Assembly (NCBI GenBank): GCA_963765675.1
Contig: CAVXXK010000001.1
Span: 2,336,001 to 2,400,000 of the forward strand
DNA length: 64,000 nt
Direction of reading: 5' to 3'
Source of the DNA: an uncultured delta proteobacterium
GTDB taxonomy: Bacteria; Desulfobacterota; Binatia; Binatales; Binataceae
How positions within the stretch are numbered: the stretch's first letter is position 1; each line of letters begins with the position of its first letter. Below are positions 62,499-64,000 of this stretch, piece after piece. The position numbers and the translations under genes were made by a program. The notes below the pieces were generated by a model. It saw nothing but the letters and a program-made list of their open reading frames with translations, had not been told where the DNA came from and did not search any database.

Positions 62499-64000
62499 CT
62501 AGTCGCAACATTTGTGATGAGGCTGCGACGGAGCCACATCCATCGCAGGATTCTGGTCGAAGAAACCCGAGGGCTTCAGCATAAAGCCGGCATACGCGAC
62601 CGGCATCACCGGCCAATCCTCGGGCCGCGGAATATGGTGCACGCCGAATGAGTACCACGCGACCAGATCGGTGTTCTCGAGCGGACGGTCGCGTTTGATC
62701 CACTGATCGAGCCCGTCAGGCGCGGCGTTCTGATTGATATAATCGCCCGACGCGTACCGCTGTGCGGAATCGTAGCCGGTAATCCAGAGATTGTGGCGGA
62801 TGAATCCTGCGCGCCTCAGTATCGATGCGCCCTCGCGCGCGAAGGGGAGAGCCACGTCGGCTCCCGGCACGATTTTGTAGCCGGTAGGCTGGCCAACAGC
62901 GTTGCGGCGCGATGGATTCACGACTAGCCAGGCGCGTCCCGTCGATGGGTTCGCGTCGCGGGCGGCTTCAGACTGATTTTTTATGAGCGTGTACTGCGGC
63001 CGGTAGGAGCCGTTGTGCGGATTGGCCGGCCCGGGAGGATCGGCGACGGTGTCGACCTCATAAACCGAATTGCCCGGCCCGTCGATATCCAGATCGAGTC
63101 TGAAGTTGAAGTAATGTTGATGAATCGGCGCGTAGAGCTGCGGAGCGACCAGCGCGCCGTGAGTCGGTTGCTTGCCGGCAGGAAAAGCCCCGACCGAGAG
63201 GCATCCGGTCAGCTTAACTTCGAGCTGTATTTCGCCGCTTTGATACAGGTACCAGAAAAATCCGTAGTCATAATTCCCGACGGTCGCGAAAAAAGAGATC
63301 ACCAGGCGGCGCGAGCGCCGCACCTCGCTGCGATTGGTGCGCCAGTCGGTATGCTTCCATAGCGTGCCGTAATCTTCCTCATGCATGCAGACGGCGTTCT
63401 CGATCGTTTCCGGGTCGCCCGCCATGTTGACCATGTGCGCGTCGAAATAGTGAATCGTGCCGACGCAATCGCATCCGAGCGTGAGGCTGTTGGCCATCCG
63501 GCCGATGCCGTATTCGCCCACGTCGAACGCATTCTTTCGATTGTGCGTTTTGGTGGGATCGCCGTACGGCACCTGCATCTCGGATAGCGATGCCCGGTAC
63601 AGAATCGGACGAACGCGGCCCTGATCCTCGTAGGCGACTTGATGAAGTACGAGTCCCTCTCGCGAGGTGAAACCGACGCGGAAGCGCCATTTCTGCCAGC
63701 GGACCTCGTAGCCGTCGACAGTAAAGCTCGGCCCCTCGGGCTGTACGATCTCGAGCGGTTTCAAATCCTGCCGCAAAGGACCGAGATGCTCGGCGGCGTA
63801 GATGCCGGTCAAAGGAGGGAGCGGCACCTGCACATCGTCGATAACCTCCACCACCTCCATCTTTTCGAGATCGACGAAAGTGATCAGTCCCTCGACCGGG
63901 CGGCCATAGCCGACGTCCGCATCGCTCCCGCGGATAAACGTCAGGCCCTGTGCGAGGCGGCGGTCGGGGAACCGTTCGTCGCCGTAGGCACCTGCCGACC
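62499..64000 (-). CDS. tynA: Copper-containing primary amine oxidase (5' end beyond the window)
   Basis: TPQ consensus TVGNYDY, Cu ligands HQH and HHIPRPEDWPVMP, SLTLGCDC; frame open to the window edge. Confidence 0.92.
   Translation of the reverse strand, partial: SAGAYGDERFPDRRLAQGLTFIRGSDADVGYGRPVEGLITFVDLEKMEVVEVIDDVQVPLPPLTGIYAAEHLGPLRQDLKPLEIVQPEGPSFTVDGYEVRWQKWRFRVGFTSREGLVLHQVAYEDQGRVRPILYRASLSEMQVPYGDPTKTHNRKNAFDVGEYGIGRMANSLTLGCDCVGTIHYFDAHMVNMAGDPETIENAVCMHEEDYGTLWKHTDWRTNRSEVRRSRRLVISFFATVGNYDYGFFWYLYQSGEIQLEVKLTGCLSVGAFPAGKQPTHGALVAPQLYAPIHQHYFNFRLDLDIDGPGNSVYEVDTVADPPGPANPHNGSYRPQYTLIKNQSEAARDANPSTGRAWLVVNPSRRNAVGQPTGYKIVPGADVALPFAREGASILRRAGFIRHNLWITGYDSAQRYASGDYINQNAAPDGLDQWIKRDRPLENTDLVAWYSFGVHHIPRPEDWPVMPVAYAGFMLKPSGFFDQNPAMDVAPSQPHHKCCD

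Overview
High-GC bacterial chromosome window. The 16S sequence and gene style suggest a Deltaproteobacteria-related lineage such as Candidatus Binatota; this is an inference, not checked against a database. It holds a complete rRNA operon (16S, tRNA-Ile, tRNA-Ala, 23S, 5S; ~22.1-27.7 kb) and about 50 CDSs. These include four GT-C-type membrane glycosyltransferases, ggt, a USP/Hsp20/Lon-like protease/pncB stress cluster, DAHP synthase, aqpZ, an acyl-ACP desaturase-like protein, dmpA, a lone astA, the prkA(yeaG)-yeaH-spoVR operon, tandem amidases, an ECF sigma/anti-sigma operon, hicBA and a copper amine oxidase running off the right end. About eight small indels split otherwise intact genes, most likely long-read assembly errors. 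No CRISPR array, transposase or prophage is visible. Two things stand out. (1) An AT-richer two-gene cassette encodes a secreted trypsin-like (Nal1-type) protease whose C-terminal domain recurs twice in the downstream secreted protein; its promoter has a G9 tract in the -35/-10 spacer. (2) At least five distinct intergenic palindromic repeat families occur, with nesting, a 17-bp flanking duplication, bracketing of astA, and proximity to orphan toxin-antitoxin halves.
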